64,000 nt of DNA from Octopus sinensis (GCF_006345805.1 NC_042997.1:69378001-69442000); one strand, 5' to 3'. Shown: positions 50,208-64,000, counted from the first letter of the stretch. A program made the numbers and translations. The notes: generated by a model from the letters alone, not told the origin.

Positions 50208-51508
50208 CAGAAAGCAGAATGTCATGGGTATATCAACATTTCCAACTCGAGCATACATATACAAAAATTATCTTCAAAATATTAATGTATCGAAGGAAAA
50301 AATAAATTATAGAAAATTACTATAGAAGAAACGAAAGGAAATTTAGTAAGATATCAGAAAAGAAACCGTGGGTAGTGGTGATGAATTGGAAGATTATGTA
50401 TATGAGAGGGAGAGACTTAGAAAGGTTGTCGTTAATAATCTAGAGGTATTAATAATATAGAAAAGAAAGTGAAAGTTGTATGGAATGAAAGAGAAGTTTG
50501 CAGATATTGTGTTTATGAAATATAGAGAGTAAGACCAACAAAACATGAAAGTTAAACTAGAATGAGAGTGGAGACAGAGTGAGAAGAATAAAATTAGTAT
50601 GGTAGTTCGGATGACACAGCTATATAAAGTAAATAAAATGAGTGTGCTGTTGATCAGAAAGTAAGATAGTGAGAAAAACGGATTGTAATGGTGTTTAAAA
50701 ATATATAATAGTATAAAACATTTGGATATTTTTTTTTAAAGGACTCATAGATAGTTTATATTAATTGTTAGTATCGAAAATAGGGTTAAAGTTTATTGAC
50801 AATACTAAAATATACAATAGTACTATGCAAGTTATAACATACACACTATTGCAAGCATGTCAAATAATTTATTATACACTGGAATAAATTATTTTTCGCG
50901 ATGTTGACTGCGAAACGGCCGTCACCCTATGAATATCAACTGATGAATTAAATATATTAATCTCATACTACTGATTTTCTTTACATTCACTATATTCCTC
51001 CCGAAATAATCTTCACGGATTGGATTTACTGGACTTGAACTGCATAGGACTCTTCATTATACCCCTATGTATTATTTTATTACGTGGTTTGTATCCTGGG
51101 CCACTAAAGATTTTTTGAGATTCTCATCGGATTATGTAAATTCATATATTGTGCATTAAAATTAAATATACGTGTGTGTCTGCAGGTGTATGTGTGTGTG
51201 TCGGCATGCGTGTGCATGTGTGTGTGAGTGTATGTGCGTCTGTGTACATACGTATACTATGTTTCTGTGAGAAAGACACCCACACAGAGGGAAGTAGTTT
51301 TCTTAATCGTTTGTCTATGGTAAATATGAAGAGATACATCTCAACACAAATTCACTCTGATAAAGTCAAATTGTCAACTAAATATCTCTTAAAACTGAGA
51401 CAAATCAAGTTGAAATCAAGCTTTCGTATTGCGTCATATAGATGTGTGTATAAATATATTTGAGTGTGTGTGTGTGTGGTGTGTGTGTGTGTGTGTGTGT
51501 GTCTGTGT

Positions 51509-51592
<84 letters not shown>

Positions 51593-51596
<4 letters not shown>

Positions 51597-51865
51597 TTTA
51601 GTAGTTAGGACATTCGGCTTACGGTCTAAGGTCGTGAGTTCAATTCCCGGCGACGCGTTGTTCTCAGCTGGTAACAATGAGTAGTACCTGTATTTCAAAG
51701 GCCACCCTTGTAACACTCTGTCACGCTGAATCTTCCAGAGAACTACGTAAAGGGTACACGTGTCTGTGGAGTGCTCAGCCACTTACACTTTAATTTCACG
51801 TGCAAGGTGCTCCGTTGATCGTATCAGCCGGGACCCTCGTTGTCGTCGTAACCGACGGAATGCTC
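51593..51865 (+). mobile_element. tRNA-derived SINE
   Basis: B-box-like GAGTTCAATTCCC; body homologous to 2258-2555; follows a long (TG)n tract. Confidence 0.65.
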
Positions 51866-52379
51866 CTATATATATATAAATGGAGTTAAAAGCAGGTGTT
51901 ATTCAAATTCTTTTCCTTCCGACACATGTTTCGAAGATATTGGTATTATTCCAAAGGAATAAAATCTTCTCTTCAAGGAAATGAAGAAATAAAACTCGTC
52001 AATAAAACATTTTAAGAGAATATGATGGATATGTATAGTGATGAACTGAATGCTATTAAGTTTTTTTTTTTAAGTTAGAGGACATAACGTCAAAGGTAGC
52101 CTATAGAAAGAGGATAAAGCAAGGAATTTTGTCTTCTCTGTGAACTATGTTTTATTCTTTTTTCTAAAATGCCCCTTGTAAACACGGTTATAGAACGTGC
52201 TTATCGATGTAAACATTGGCAGAAACACATCTTTAGCTCATATAAGTGATATCTACCATTATATATAATTTAAACATTGATTTTCTTCTGTTTCACTTCC
52301 ACTAGATATATCTTTTTCCAAGGCTTTATGGTTTTATTTAATTCGCGTTTCGTTCTATATTTCTCATTTATTTGGTTTC

Positions 52380-52861
52380 TGATTTTTTTCTTTCCTTATT
52401 CTCATGCAGTATCTGTCTGAAAAGAAACTCAAACATTCCTATGTCCCTGGTGAGGGATCTGATTGAGTTGGAGGAATCGATGTCAATCATAGCTTGGATC
52501 TCACCAGCAAATGCAGGAGTTCTTTTCTTATCAGAACGATCAAAGTGAGTTTTCCGAGCTGCCGTACCTTCGAAATCATCATTAGATTCATCCAACTCTT
52601 TCGGAATCCTCTACACTGTTCTCAAATTGAAACACAAACACTCTGAAATGTTCGTATTGGAGCTTCCGGCGCGAATGCCAAGTAGCACAACATGTTGTTT
52701 CCAAATTACTGTCAGAGTGAATTGCATCATGGTGCTGTTTTTCTCACAGATAGTGCCCAACTGACCCTACTATACTGTGTCGTCGACAAATAAAATACAC
52801 ACAATGCACATGCGCGAAATTAAATATATAAACTAAGAACAATTTACCCATCGCACCTTGA
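52380..52861 (-). mobile_element. Tc1/mariner-superfamily 5' fragment (HTH region)
   Basis: Terminal TIR-like CAAGGTGCGATGGGTAAATTG, then MMQFTL...NLRTV*RI..KELDES...RTP.F.GEIQAMI..D...SIRSL.RDIG. Confidence 0.65.
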
Positions 52862-53875
52862 ACATACACACATACATGCATACATGCATACATGCACGCA
52901 CGCATACATATGTACATATATTCATACATACATTATGTCTACATGCAAACAAACATAGCATACATGCATACATGCATACCTTCTTGCTTTTCATGAATAA
53001 GAAATCACTAATAAGTGCAAAAGATAGCGAAAAGTCATCCAACCAGGAATGTAGTCAAAAGGAAAACCCAAAACTGAACCTGATCTTTTTAACTGCTAAG
53101 CAATGTCTTTTTTTTTTTTTTTTTTCATAAGCTACGTACCGATGCGGCATGATTTGGTGGCCAGAACAATCTAGAATAAAATAAAAGAATTAAAAAAGGA
53201 ACAACAAATGAAAGCAATCAAACACATTGAGACAGTGGATACGAAGTTATATGCGTCGAACCAAGGAAAAACACCGCAATGAAATTTTAAATTGTTTGAA
53301 GCAACAAAATAAAATTATATTTTACTGCACATCTGAGGTTGCTGTAGTTAAAGAATGCAGCAATTAAAAATATATGCAATTAAGAATATAAGTATTGCAG
53401 AGCATGTAATGTCGGTATCTAAATGCAGTTTCACTTGATAAATATTTTATTGCAGTAACAGGATATTTCTAAATCCGGTCGAGCAGAGTGTGAGTTTTTC
53501 ATTTGCCAAATTTCAACAAGAGCTAAATTTTTGCGGAGTGAATATCAAAAATATTAAATCTGAAAGGGGAATCGTCTAAAATTTCATTGTTACGTTATTA
53601 TTACCTATGACGCAATTGTACTGACACACACACGCGCACACACGCGCACACACACGCATGCACACGCACACACATGCATACATACATACATACATACATA
53701 CATACATACATGCACATATATATACACATACACACATATATGTATGTATGCATGTATGTATGTACGTATGTATTATATGTATGTATGTACATATATACTT
53801 ATATATATATATTTATATATATATAAATATGTATGTATGTATGTATGGAGGGAGGGAGGGAGGGAGAGAGGGAGG

Positions 53876-54019
53876 GAGGCGCAATGGTCTAGTGGTTAGG
53901 GCAGTGGACTCGCGGTCGGAGGATCGCGGTTTCGATTCCCAGACCAGGCTTTGTGTCAGTTTATTGAGCGAAACCACCTATAGATCCACGAAGCTCAGGC
54001 AAGGGGTGGTGGCGACCCC
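53876..54019 (+). mobile_element. 3'-truncated tRNA-derived SINE
   Basis: Head homologous to 7160; fused to the tandem array that follows. Confidence 0.7.
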
Positions 54020-54952
54020 TATTTTCAGAACAGGGGGAACTTTTCAAAATTTTCGCTGCGTTAGTTTTGAATTATGACATTGGGTTATGTGTGTGTCAAG
54101 TTTCATCAGAATCGGTTGAAAGCCGTGGTCAGGGTGAGGGTACAACCTGACAGACACACAGACACACAGACAGACAAACTGCCGTTTATATATATACTAG
54201 CAGTATCACCCGGCGTTGCTCAGGTTTGTAAGGGAAATAACTATAAAGCATTTTTAGAGAGTTATAGCCAAAAAATAGCAAACAAATGGAAAAAAATTAT
54301 GGTAAATTTTTTTGAGAGTTAAAAAGGTGGAGTTGCGCCCCCTAGACAGTTTGTGGTTTGTGTTTCTGATTCTCGAGCCCATGTCGAATTTATCGATTTT
54401 TTTCAGAACTGGGGGAACTTTTCAAAATTTTCGCTGCGTTAGTTTTGAATTATGACATTGGACTATGTGTGTGTCAAGTTTCATCAGAATCGGTTGAAAG
54501 CCGTGGTCAGGGTGAGGGTACAAGCAAACAGACACACAGAAACACGCACAGACAAACAGCCGTTTATATATATACTAGCAGTAATACGCCCGGCGTTGCT
54601 CAGGTTGTAAGGGAAATAACTATAAAGCATTTCTGAGAGTTATAGCCAAAAATAGAAAAAAAAAATGGAAAAAAATATATGGTAAATTTTTTTGAGATTT
54701 AAAAAAAGTGGAGTTGCGTCCCTTAGACAGTTGTGGTTCGTATTTCTGATTCTCGACCCCATGTCGAAATTTATCGATTTTTTTCAGAACTGGGGGAACT
54801 TTTCAAAATTTTCGCTTCGTTAGTTGAATTATGACATTGGGCTATGTGTGTGTCAAGTTTCATCAGAATCGGTTGAAAGCCGTGGTCATAGTGAGGGTAC
54901 AAGCAAAACAGCACACAGAAACACGCACAGACAAACTGCCGTTTATATAGAG

Positions 54953-54953
<1 letters not shown>
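54020..54953. repeat. Tandem array of a 378-bp unit (about 2.5 copies), Helitron-like non-autonomous element
   Basis: Unit starts ACTAGCAGTA at 54196 and 54574 and ends ACAGACAAACTGCCGTTTATATA; CCCGGCGTTGCTC motif near the start. The Helitron assignment is by resemblance only. Confidence 0.8.
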
Positions 54954-54987
<34 letters not shown>

Positions 54988-55160
54988 ATATAATATATAT
55001 ATATATATTGGTAAAAACGGTAAGAATAACAAAAGAAAGAAAGAGACCTCGATATTATATAGATATAGGAATTTATCTGTAGATGTAATATGTGACAATT
55101 TTCGGCCGAATAATTGTCACATATTACATTTATATATATATTATATATATATATATATAA

Positions 55161-55399
55161 ATGCAATGTCCCAAAAGTAGGTTTTCAGTTATTCAACTAT
55201 CTCTTCGCATTCACATATTAACAGTTTAGATCTTATAATAATAATAAATATGAAAAACGTTATTCTATGCTAATTTAGTTAATTTTGTCAAGTTCCCCTT
55301 GCAGTTTGTAAGATAGAAATTTAAATGTAATAAAATGTTTTAAGAGAAATTTAAGGTGCCTACATGATAACTGTAAACCTACTTTTGGACCATCCTGTA
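55161..55399. mobile_element. Tc1/mariner-derived MITE
   Basis: Imperfect TIRs CCAAAAGTAGGTTT(T/A)CAGTT; the right end reads TACAGGATGGTCC on the minus strand; TA flanks. Confidence 0.65.
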
Positions 55400-55422
55400 T
55401 ATGTATGTAATATATATATATA

Positions 55423-55482
<60 letters not shown>

Positions 55483-55495
55483 TATATACATATAT

Positions 55496-55530
<35 letters not shown>

Positions 55531-55556
55531 TGTTTGTATATATATGTATGTATTTG

Positions 55557-55607
<51 letters not shown>

Positions 55608-56257
55608 CACACATACCTACACCGAAGTTTATAATGGCAAATTTTGCCCGTCTTGTGTGACATTATGACAACTTTCTTATCCATCACAGAATTCGTTTCG
55701 TGACAACGTTCATTCATTAAAGTAAATAAAAGTTGAATTCCATCTTTACGTGATAATGAAGTACTCTTTTACTCTTTCGCATGTTTCAGCCCTAACGCTG
55801 AGGCCATGTTGGGGCACCACCAGTGGAATAATATTTGATCATATCATTTAGTTGTTTTCAGCCTTCACGGTCAACGCAGAAGGTCGGATAAACTTCTATG
55901 TGTGTAGTATTCGGTTACGTATACTAGCGTTCTGAGTTCGAGTCCACATGAAGTTAAATTATTTTTCTTTTTATCCTTGTCTGATTGCTAAAATACAAGC
56001 AGTGAAGTCTTTTCCTAAGAAACGTATGGTCCCTTAAATCCTTACTATCATTATTGTTGAAAATCCTAACTATTATTATTAGAGATGTACATAAGAGAAT
56101 TGAGAGCTTGAGAGTTTGAGTTTAGTTATATCCGATATGTTCTGGGTTCAAAATTCGCTGATGATGACTTCAAGGATTGGTAAAATAAGTAGGGTAGCCG
56201 ATAAAATCCCTCATAAATTTATGTGGATATTATCAGTCATCATTATTATCATTCTAT

Positions 56258-56470
56258 GAGGCGGCAAGCTGACAGAGCCGTTAGCATGCCGGGCAAAATG
56301 CTCAGCAGCATTTCGTCCGTCATTACACTCTCGGGTCAAATTCCCCCGTGGTCGACTTTATATTTCATCTTTTTCAAGTCGATAAAATAGCACCGAGTAC
56401 CAGGGTCGACGTAATTGTTTATTCCTTCCCTTAACATTTCAGACCTTGTGTCTCCAGTAGGAAAGATTAT
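56258..56470 (+). mobile_element. tRNA-derived SINE
   Basis: gaggcggcaagctgacagagccgttagcatgccgggcaaaatg..., same family as 37791 and 39082. Confidence 0.7.
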
Positions 56471-56492
56471 AACACTGGGGAACATGAGAACT

Positions 56493-57720
56493 GGTGCTTA
56501 AGATACTGGACATTTTTTTTCTTTAGGTAAGTTTTGGTCTCTGATTCTAAATATGCCATTAGTTTTTTTCCATCACTTGTTTTTACTGAGATATGATACA
56601 CCCCTAATTTTAAAGCATACGACCGATCGGACAATAGCACTGATGCCTATAAATCATTATTTTTGCCTTCTGGATTAATAAGACAAATTCTATACATAGA
56701 TTTCTTTTATTTATGAAGAATTTACATCAGAGAATAAGATAATAATGAAACAAGCATAGAAAATTGTCATTGATACACTGTTCATTTACTCAGGTATCTC
56801 ACAAAAGCGGTGTTTCAAAGACTTCTTGCGGTGAGCTGCGCTTGAGCAATCACTTTGATTAGACAAGTGGTAATCTGCCATCATGTCGGTATCCCAGTGT
56901 CCCCGATATCTTTCCTCCATAGTTCTTAAATCTTGATGGAATCGTTCACAGTACTCTTCATTTAGGTCACCAAGGTTTTCTGGAAGACGATCCAAGTCAT
57001 CGTGGAGATAATGCACTTTGATACTCATTGTACAACCACAGTGAAAGAAGACCATGCATCTGTGTCAGCATTGTTCACTGAATCTTTGAAACGTGAATAT
57101 TCCAGGAGTTCTTTGATTTGCAGACCGTCCAAAATACCTGGCGTCATGACTACTGTTTTCAGGTGAAGAACAGGATTTATCTTCTTCAGGGAGCTCCTCT
57201 ACATTAATGAATGATGGGACTGGTATTTTCTCTGGGTGTACAGCAGGTCGTTTTGCCGAGTCTAAGTCAAGATACATTCATTCATTCCGATTACGTCCAT
57301 TAATGCCCCTTATGTTAGTTAGGCAGAAGTTATAATCTTCACTGTGATTCTTTTGCTTTCTCCACATTATAGCTATACCAAATTTTCAGGTATTTATTCG
57401 TTCCATTTGTCCACAGCCGAAGGTGCTCAATACTAGTTTTACAGACAATGTGTGGAGCCCATGTCTTATCTTGGTCCCCTAGCTTTATTATGCCCTTTTC
57501 ACAAAATCAGAAATGGATTTTCTCTGTTCCTTGAATGCATATTCAAATATTTGTCAACTACATTACAGACCTACTCTGATTCTACAATACCCTTGTTCGC
57601 CGGCCTATCCCAGATTCATGTGTGGGCAGCTGTACATTATCTCAAAAAATAGAACTGCTAGAAAGAAATTGATTGAATATACTTAAAATCGGGTCTAAAA
57701 CATGAGGCACCAAATTATTA
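56493..57720 (-). mobile_element. Internally deleted Chapaev3-like (CMC) DNA transposon relic
   Basis: KLGDQDKTWAPHIVCK, YLDLDSAKRPAVH..IPVP and GCTMSIKVHYLH..LDRLPENLGDLNEEYCERFHQDLRTMEERYRGHW...MMADY are characteristic motifs. Ends are approximate. Confidence 0.8.
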
Positions 57721-57773
57721 TTATTATTTTCGATGTATGTATGTATGTATGTATTTATGTATGTATATACACA

Positions 57774-57817
<44 letters not shown>

Positions 57818-59099
57818 GCAAACACAGACATGCATACATACATAGACACATACAAACATACATACATACATATATACATGCATACATACTTCAACCGACA
57901 ACCCCGCCAAATTACACGCCATAATTACAATAATCATTATATTGAAAATAGAATGCACTCCATACATTCTTGTCTTCATATACTACAAATAACAAAAAAT
58001 GTATAATAAAATCTAAACTCTAAGCAACCCATACCAACAGATACACATTCCTTAAGTTACCAACAACAATATTTTCACAGGTACCACATTCCGTTAGCAA
58101 ACACAAACACATAACAAACATCCGTACATCTTTTCTCTGATCGCCTACTGACCATCATCACAACATACATATCAATTAAGAAACAAGAACATTCTTATAA
58201 ACCTCAAAATAACCTTTTGGTACGAGTTGGGGCAAGAATTATGGCTAGGTTTTTCAGAATTTGTCGCCACTTCAATCAGCAACATAGATATTGTATTATT
58301 TACATTGAACAAAATATAGATGCATCTAAAAAACTTATCCCACAAAACAACATAAACTATACAACTCCAGTTTCACACAAGAGGCTGCTAATATCATGAA
58401 ATCCATGGATATTATTAAGCACAATGACCCAACATCACTCAAAACCAACTTAAAGCTCGGCATCAAAGAACTAAACAAGAAAATAATAAAATACAACTAA
58501 CGAAATGGTAATTGTCATCATATCGCCTACAAGAACACAGTCAAACCACGCCATATATAACAATCACAGTGTCAATAACATAATCACACGCTCTTAGATA
58601 CTTCTCAAACACTGGTCACCATTAATGAAAGGAATACAAAATACACAGATTCCTCCTAAGCGATGATTTTTGACAGATTCCTTCCACCAAACATCTGGAA
58701 AGCAATAAAGAAATCTAAAGACTTAAAGATCCCACAGCTAGACAATATCACAATCATACATATGCACTAAACAACTTCTGTAAATACTTACACCAGCACC
58801 GCCAAATTCTCAGATTCTGGTAGTCGGGAAAAGCATAATAATTCTAAAACGCAAAAAGAATATCAGTTCACCCTAAAATAATCAAATCTGAGATGAGCAC
58901 CCTACATATGGATCTGTGGAAGGTACGGCATCTTTCAGTTGACTACTTGTGCACAGTAGGACTTGGATATCAAGGCTTGCATGCATCTTCACAACAAAAG
59001 TAAGAACAGTATGATGATGCAGTTAACCAGCAAATTATAGACACTTAAATTCGAGTCTTATTTAAATCACTGCAGCCAAGAAAGTGTCAAGAACTTATG

Positions 59100-59309
59100 T
59101 TATTTGTTTCAGCTATGGGACTGCAGCCATGTTGAGGCACTGCTTTGATGGGGTTAGCCGAACAAATCGACACCAGGAGTTATTTTTACACTCTTGTACT
59201 TGTTCAATCAGTGTAATTTCTCTAGCGTAAACAATCCAACACCAATCGTCAAACGGTGGAGGATGACAAATACAAAGCAAACACGAACATACACACACAC
59301 ACACGCACG

Positions 59310-59350
<41 letters not shown>

Positions 59351-59540
59351 CGCACACACACACACGCACACACACACACACATATTCGACAGGCTTCTTT
59401 CAACTTCCTATTTATCAAATCCATTCACAAGTCTTTGACCGGCTCGGTGCTATTTTAGAAGACATTTGTCCAAAGTGCTACACAGTAGGACTGAACCCAA
59501 AGAAGTAAGCTTCTCAAACATACAAACACTCCTGCACCTT
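59100..59540 (-). mobile_element. tRNA-derived SINE with internal (CA)n
   Basis: Reverse-complement homolog of 7528-7810. Confidence 0.7.
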
Positions 59541-60285
59541 AAAAGAAAAGAAAACGCTTTCATTATTTCAATATAATATTTTTCTTGTTGAAAATTTTCA
59601 CTTCTTCGCTAATTCTCGCTGATTTACAAATTCCTGAAGCACTATATTTCTTTCCAGCTTCAGTAGAAATCTCTTTACTAAAATTAAATTCTCTCATGCA
59701 TTCAGGTAATACACGAAAGTGTGACGATCTTTTTTGTTATACCAGTTAAATTTGTAAGCTTTTATAACTAATTAAATAAAATTCGATTTAATAATGGGGG
59801 ACTGATAACAATGCATACCGTATATATCAGAATAATGAAGAGGCGACATGCAAAGGAGAAAGAAAGAAATGGAAAGTAAAAACAAAACAGCAGAAGGAAA
59901 GAAAAATGTTAAAGGTGCAGGCGTAAATGTGTGGTAAGAAGCTTGCCTCCCAACTACATGGTTTCGGGTTCAGTCTCAATGTGTGGCCCTTACGCCAGGG
60001 TCTTCTACGATAGCTTCGGGCTGACCAAAGCTTTGTGAGAGTGGATTTGGTAGACAGAAACTGAAAGAAGACCGTTGTGTGTGTGCGTATATATATATAT
60101 ATATTGTTGTTGTTGGCATACTTTTTGTCTCAGGAGACAATGGAGTTGCGCATAAAATAATCTAGTCCAGCTTTTATATTTGATGTCCTAATACATCTGC
60201 TGTAGCTGTGTAGTCCTATCCTGGCAGGTGCCGCAAATGTAGCGAAGACTTTGCTTGGCTGGTTGTAATGTCATAGTTTCTTGTT

Positions 60286-60340
<55 letters not shown>

Positions 60341-60367
60341 TGTGTGTGTGTGTGTGTGTGTAAATGT

Positions 60368-60785
60368 AAAAAAATACAAACTGGGACAAGAACGTGAAAC
60401 ATTTAGAAGACGATACAAGAAACACGGACGGGACATTCGAAGCCTTCAATCTTCAGTCAAGAACCAGATCATCTTCGCAATTTCGGCTGATTAATCTTGA
60501 GATTGCTCCGATCTGGCCAGCTCCAAAGGAAAATCTAAGCCAAGCGCATTAGATTCCTTGGAAGAAAGCCTTGAATGTATACAAAACAAGGACGGAAAAC
60601 CGGACGATGTTACACGAATAAAAATACAAAAATACGTAAAAACAATAATGATAATAATAATAACAACAAAAACAGGACGTCACAGACAAGCGTCTTTTCG
60701 ACAGGACGAGTAAGGTTTTGAGCTGGCGTTAGAAAAAAGCCTACGGCTGAGAGAGTAAAAAGTTTGTCTTACCGCAACGGCATAT
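60368..60785. repeat. Copy of the ~400-bp (TA)n-associated family
   Basis: Aligns with 21125-21530. Confidence 0.8.
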
Positions 60786-61144
60786 ATATATATATATATA
60801 TAATATATATATATAATATATATATATATTATATATATATAGATATATATATATATAATATATTATATTATATTAAATTTTCTATAATCCAACAGTGAAA
60901 ATCATAAGCCAATACATAGAAATAAAATTAATTTTATTAATTAATTTTATTTCTATGTATTCGTTTATGATTTCACTGTTTGATTTGCCTGATAGTGGTT
61001 TTATCTCTAATTTAATATAATATAATATATTATATATATTTAAACTATAAAATTAGATTTATCCTAAATCTAATTTTTCCCTGTAAGTTTGGATTTACTC
61101 CCTAATATTATTATTATTATGTATATATATATATATAATATATA

Positions 61145-61176
<32 letters not shown>

Positions 61177-61241
61177 GCACGTACGTACATACGTACATAC
61201 AAACATACATACGTACATACATACATACGTACATACATACA

Positions 61242-61272
<31 letters not shown>

Positions 61273-62078
61273 CGTACGTACGTACATAATACATACATAC
61301 ATACATACATACATACATACATACATACATACGTACGTACGTACATACATACATACATACATACACATATGTTTGTGTGTGTGTGTGTGTGAGTGCTTGT
61401 GCATGCGTTTGTCTTCGACCACCGCTTGACGAGCAGTTTTGGTGTGTTTACGTCCCTGTATCTTACCAATAGAATAAGTACCAGGCTTTACAAATGAATA
61501 ATAGGTAATGGCGACTATTCGTTTGGCTAAAATTCTTCAAGGCATTACCTCAGAATGGCTGCAGTCTAATGACTGAAACAAATAAAATATAAACAATGAA
61601 TGCTTGAAAATGTAAACAGAAAAGGAAAAAGATTTAAATAAAGAAACAAAAAGAAAAACTAGAGACTAGTTATTTCCTTGTCAACCAATTTAGTTTTATG
61701 GAATATTATCAATATCAAATATAATTGTTTCATCATCTGTTGTGTCCGTGTCGTCATCGCTTATAATACTGAACAGTTTCACGCAATCTTTTTTGTGGTT
61801 TCCCGTTTGGTATCTGTGAATATATCTGCTGAAGAAGGAGTACAATTAAAGATATATTGACTTATACTGTCTTAAGTGTGCTCATTATCTATATACATGC
61901 AGATACGCATACAGACCCATCATCATCATCATCATCATTTAACGTACTTTTTTCCATGCTGGAAAGGGTTGGACATTTAGACAAGAACAGACGAGCGAGA
62001 GGAATTCTCTTCCTGACACAAACCAATTAGCAGTCTAATGGGTACGTTATACGTGGCATACATACGTATATGCACGTG

Positions 62079-62141
<63 letters not shown>

Positions 62142-62264
62142 TTGTGTGTTGTGTATTTATATATATATACATATATATATATTATGTATATATGCATATA
62201 TATATATATATACACATATATACATATATATATATATACATATGTGTATATATGTATATTATGT

Positions 62265-62310
<46 letters not shown>

Positions 62311-62337
62311 GTGTGTGTTGTGTGTATATATATATAT

Positions 62338-62373
<36 letters not shown>

Positions 62374-62746
62374 TGTATGTATGTATGTATGCATGTATGT
62401 ATGTATGTATGTATACGGCCTAATCAAGAGGTTGATTAAAATGTTATCTTGATTAACACCGTCAGTTGCTCCTTACGGGACAGGTATTCGGACTGTATAT
62501 ACTTTTCTCCCACCGTCCCATTTGACTTGGAAGTCCGTAAGAGTTCATAGTCTTTCCATTTCTTCCTGACTAAAAAGATAAAATCAAATGTCGATATTCT
62601 ACTTTCTAGAAATAACCAGAACTCCGGTAAAGAGTTGAACCCCAATAAAATTCTCTTTCACTTTTATTTTTCTTTCTTCTTTCCATCTTTCCCCATTCAT
62701 TCACAATCATTCATTCCGTTCTCTGTTTGTCTGTTTCTCTCTCTCT

Positions 62747-62853
<107 letters not shown>

Positions 62854-63165
62854 TCTTCTCTCACTCTCATATCCTCGTAAATGTCTTTACGAACATTATT
62901 ATACGCTTGTCAAAGAGCATTCTCAGATCAAATAATTATGTAAAGAAAGCCATAAACCTACCGCTGGGGTGACAGGGAATTTGACGATCGATCTGCCGGA
63001 TTCCATTTCCTTTGAGGACATTTTATATAGGTATCGACCTGAATGTTATTGTTATTTGTGTCTTTAAGTTTTCTTAATTGACTGGAACAGAGAGAAGAGA
63101 ATGAATCAGGGAATAGAAATCTTTTGATTTCACGAGCAAAAACAACAAAAATAACATCAGCAGTG

Positions 63166-63205
<40 letters not shown>

Positions 63206-63399
63206 TGGGTGTAGTAGCAACAATGACAACAACAAGAACGGTTACGACGTCGGTGATTACTTCAAGATTTTTAACAGCAAGAGCATATCCCAGCAGAAAC
63301 AATGAGGTCATACATACATACAACAACAACAGGAGTAACAGCAGCAACAACAACAATAACAGCAACAACAACAACAACAACATCAACATTACTGACCAC

Positions 63400-64000
63400 A
63401 AGTAAGAGATGAGAGCAAGGACTCATTTGCTGAGGTGGCGGCAAAAGCGACTAAAATACCCCGAGTTGAATAGGAAAGGAAACCTCCTGGCCGAGTTGAA
63501 ACGGCATGGGAAGGTGAGTGCATCAGTTACTTACCACCGCCTGAGCGTCGTGCCTTGTCACGCTTGACGCCTGACCAGAATGGAGCATTTGCTCTCACAC
63601 ATTTTGTGGAAGGGACGTGACCCACTGGTCAGACGACCCGGTTAATGTCAGCTTCCGCGGTGTAGAAGACTGCGCATGCCGTGGTTAATAATGCGCACAT
63701 ATGCGCTGGACATCGATGAAAATCAACTGTCGGGTCTATTCCTAAGGTCTTTTAGGCCGGGTCCTATGGATAATTTCCAGAAATGTCGGACCTGGTTGTG
63801 CTACCGGTGGACATTGCCTAAGCGAAACCGTCTTGCTGTGCTCGGACATTGGTGAATTGTGGTGTTATATCGAACAGCTGCTAACACGCGTCGGACGGAT
63901 CTGGCTATGGCCTCAACTCCATTGTGAAGATCATCCCACCGTCTTCCTTTGGCCTTTAAAGGCAGGCAGCTTTCGTCTGTTTCATGGCTAAGGCGAAAGC
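63400..64000 (+). mobile_element. Degraded Tx1/L1-clade LINE, post-RT region
   Basis: LLSHILWKGRDPLVRRP..CQLP....L.MPWL and LFLRSFRPGPMDNFQK..TWLCYRWTLP resemble the FLWKG...GGLG.P region of L1/Tx1 ORF2. Confidence 0.6.

Noticed and set aside
50895-50935. GAAAC-GGCC-GUC palindromic stem III
   Set aside because: There is no CUGANGA core upstream.
62958-63405. Poly-Ala/Gln/Asn ORFs on both strands
   Set aside because: They are (GCA)n/(AAC)n trinucleotide repeats with no splice context or domain similarity.

Overview
This is AT-rich, microsatellite-dense animal genomic DNA. The SINE and repeat families resemble those of octopus or another coleoid cephalopod (inference). The only host gene is the 3' part of a pappalysin (PAPP-A/PAPP-A2-like) gene on the + strand. 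I reconstructed 10 coding exons by hand (153-355, 3254-3337, 12643-12865, 13561-13807, 16071-16261, 25163-25367, 28144-28309, 33296-33437, 34656-34825, 36989-37171). All introns are GT-AG and phase-consistent, the exons total 1814 nt, and they encode the end of the central region, five CCP/sushi modules and the C-terminal LNR. The rest is intron or intergenic and full of transposon relics: hAT, Tc1/mariner, Chapaev3-like, R4/Dong-like, Tx1/L1, Helitron-like and tRNA-derived SINEs. There is also a near-full-length Penelope-like retroelement (44652-50174, - strand) with direct pseudo-LTRs, inserted in (TA)n. The most notable unannotated signal is a set of at least 12 minimal type I hammerhead ribozyme (HHR) motifs. 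Eight sit in a 4-kb stretch of intron 2, and six of those are head-to-head pairs inside three fold-back palindromes. One lies in a ~490-nt retrozyme-like unit whose 5' inversion ends at the predicted self-cleavage site. Structures were folded by eye, and no searches or folding programs were run.
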